Origin: Ilumatobacteraceae bacterium
Lineage (GTDB): Bacteria > Actinomycetota > Acidimicrobiia > Acidimicrobiales > Ilumatobacteraceae
Length of the DNA: 64,000 nt
Reading direction: 5' to 3'
Assembly: GCA_963772825.1 (NCBI GenBank)
Contig: CAVYYX010000001.1
Location: 53,976 to 117,975, forward strand
Each line of letters opens with the position of its first letter. The first letter of the stretch is position 1. A model generated the notes under the pieces. That model was not told the origin of the DNA. It searched no databases and was given only the letters and a program-made list of their open reading frames with translations. The position numbers and the translations under genes were made by a program. Below, piece by piece: positions 63,546 to 64,000 of the stretch.

Positions 63546-64000
63546 ATGACTGACTCACCGAACACAACATCCGACACCGACCCGCTGCCGGCTCGCACCG
63601 GTTCAGTCAGTAGCCGACGCACAACGAGGATGGCCGCCGTCGTCGCACTTGCGGCAATCCCGGTGTTGGCGGCGGCTGCCGACGACACCGTCACAACGAC
63701 CGAGACCACCACCACCGAGACCGCGAGTTCGACGGCCGACACCACCACAACGACCGCTGACACCACCACGACCATCGGCGGCGACACCACCACGACCGCC
63801 GACACCAGCAAACAACCACCACCACCATCGTCACGACGTCGACCACCACGACCACCGTCCCGGCGACGACCACGACGGCCGACACCACAACGACCACCAT
63901 CGCCGCCGCGACGCCGCTCGCGGCCCGGCCGCCGTGGCCCTGCCCGCTGCGCCGGCCAACCTCCGCGCCCGCCGGTCGGGCACCACCATCTCGCTCGCCT
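63546..64000 (+). CDS. Secreted Thr-rich repeat protein continuing into an FN3 domain (partial, runs off the window; frame breaks present)
   Basis: MTDSPN...RRTTRMAAVVALAAIPVLAAAADD signal, then DTTTT(A/I) repeats. After about 63806-63815 the Thr-rich reading continues in another frame. The last 90 nt read PAAVALPAAPANLRARRSGTTISLA (an FN3 start) in a third frame. Confidence 0.5.
   Translation, partial: MTDSPNTTSDTDPLPARTGSVSSRRTTRMAAVVALAAIPVLAAAADDTVTTTETTTTETASSTADTTTTTADTTTTIGGDTTTTADTSKQPPPPSSRRRPPRPPSRRRPRRPTPQRPPSPPRRRSRPGRRGPARCAGQPPRPPVGHHHLAR

Noticed and set aside
63690-63900. Possible CRISPR-like or tandem repeat array (also 53840-53905 and 18340-18500).
   Set aside because: The periodic sequence is codon-level Thr or Pro/Ala/Glu repetition inside coding regions. 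There are no regularly spaced unique spacers and no cas genes.
1-64000. Search for rRNA, tRNA, tmRNA, transposases, integrases and prophage genes.
   Set aside because: No cloverleaf-like or rRNA-like segments were recognised by eye, and no DDE, tyrosine or serine recombinase motifs. The only non-coding gaps over 200 nt are 2837-3094 and 62398-63545. A proper tRNAscan, Infernal or ISfinder run is still needed.

Overview
High-GC (roughly 68-70%) chromosomal segment. The gene content looks actinobacterial: mycothiol amidase Mca, an F420-type LLM oxidoreductase, lpdA-sucB-lipB-lipA synteny, and poly-Thr/Pro linkers. All calls come from reading the supplied translations and the DNA by eye; no database search was run.

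Layout:
- 1-42 kb is mostly core and intermediary metabolism. It holds an S9 peptidase, Mca, a rhomboid protease, an acyl-CoA ligase, the lpdA/E2/lipB-lipA/M24 operon, ArgJ, PFK, RNase HI, AceE, a large cyclase-ATPase-TPR protein, and an IclR-linked CoA-transferase plus citryl-CoA-lyase pair.
- 42.2-60.2 kb is an accessory cell-envelope glycopolymer locus. It holds GT2 enzymes, an FdtA-like ketoisomerase, an FAD oxidoreductase, an O-antigen-ligase-like protein, DUF2142, Wzm/Wzt with a C-terminal extension, and a WbaP-like priming transferase. A Ser/Thr kinase and a VapBC module are embedded in it.
- 60-64 kb has a hydrolase, two divergent secreted FN3 proteins, and a 1.1 kb stretch between them with no intact ORF.

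Main observations:
1. At least 12 reading-frame breaks, mostly at short homopolymers and clustered in accessory genes. They are either assembly indels or gene decay.
2. lipB and lipA form one continuous ORF.
3. Two short interspersed repeat families sit at gene junctions, notably punctuating the wzm-wzt-wbaP operon.
4. A recurring class of double-armed hairpins lies at gene ends, several sharing an ACCCGAGTG or GTGTTT/AAACAC core.

I recognised no rRNA, tRNA, CRISPR array, transposase or integrase. I did not find a clear-cut novel multi-gene system such as a defence island. The most unusual material is the glycan locus architecture and the repeat and hairpin families.
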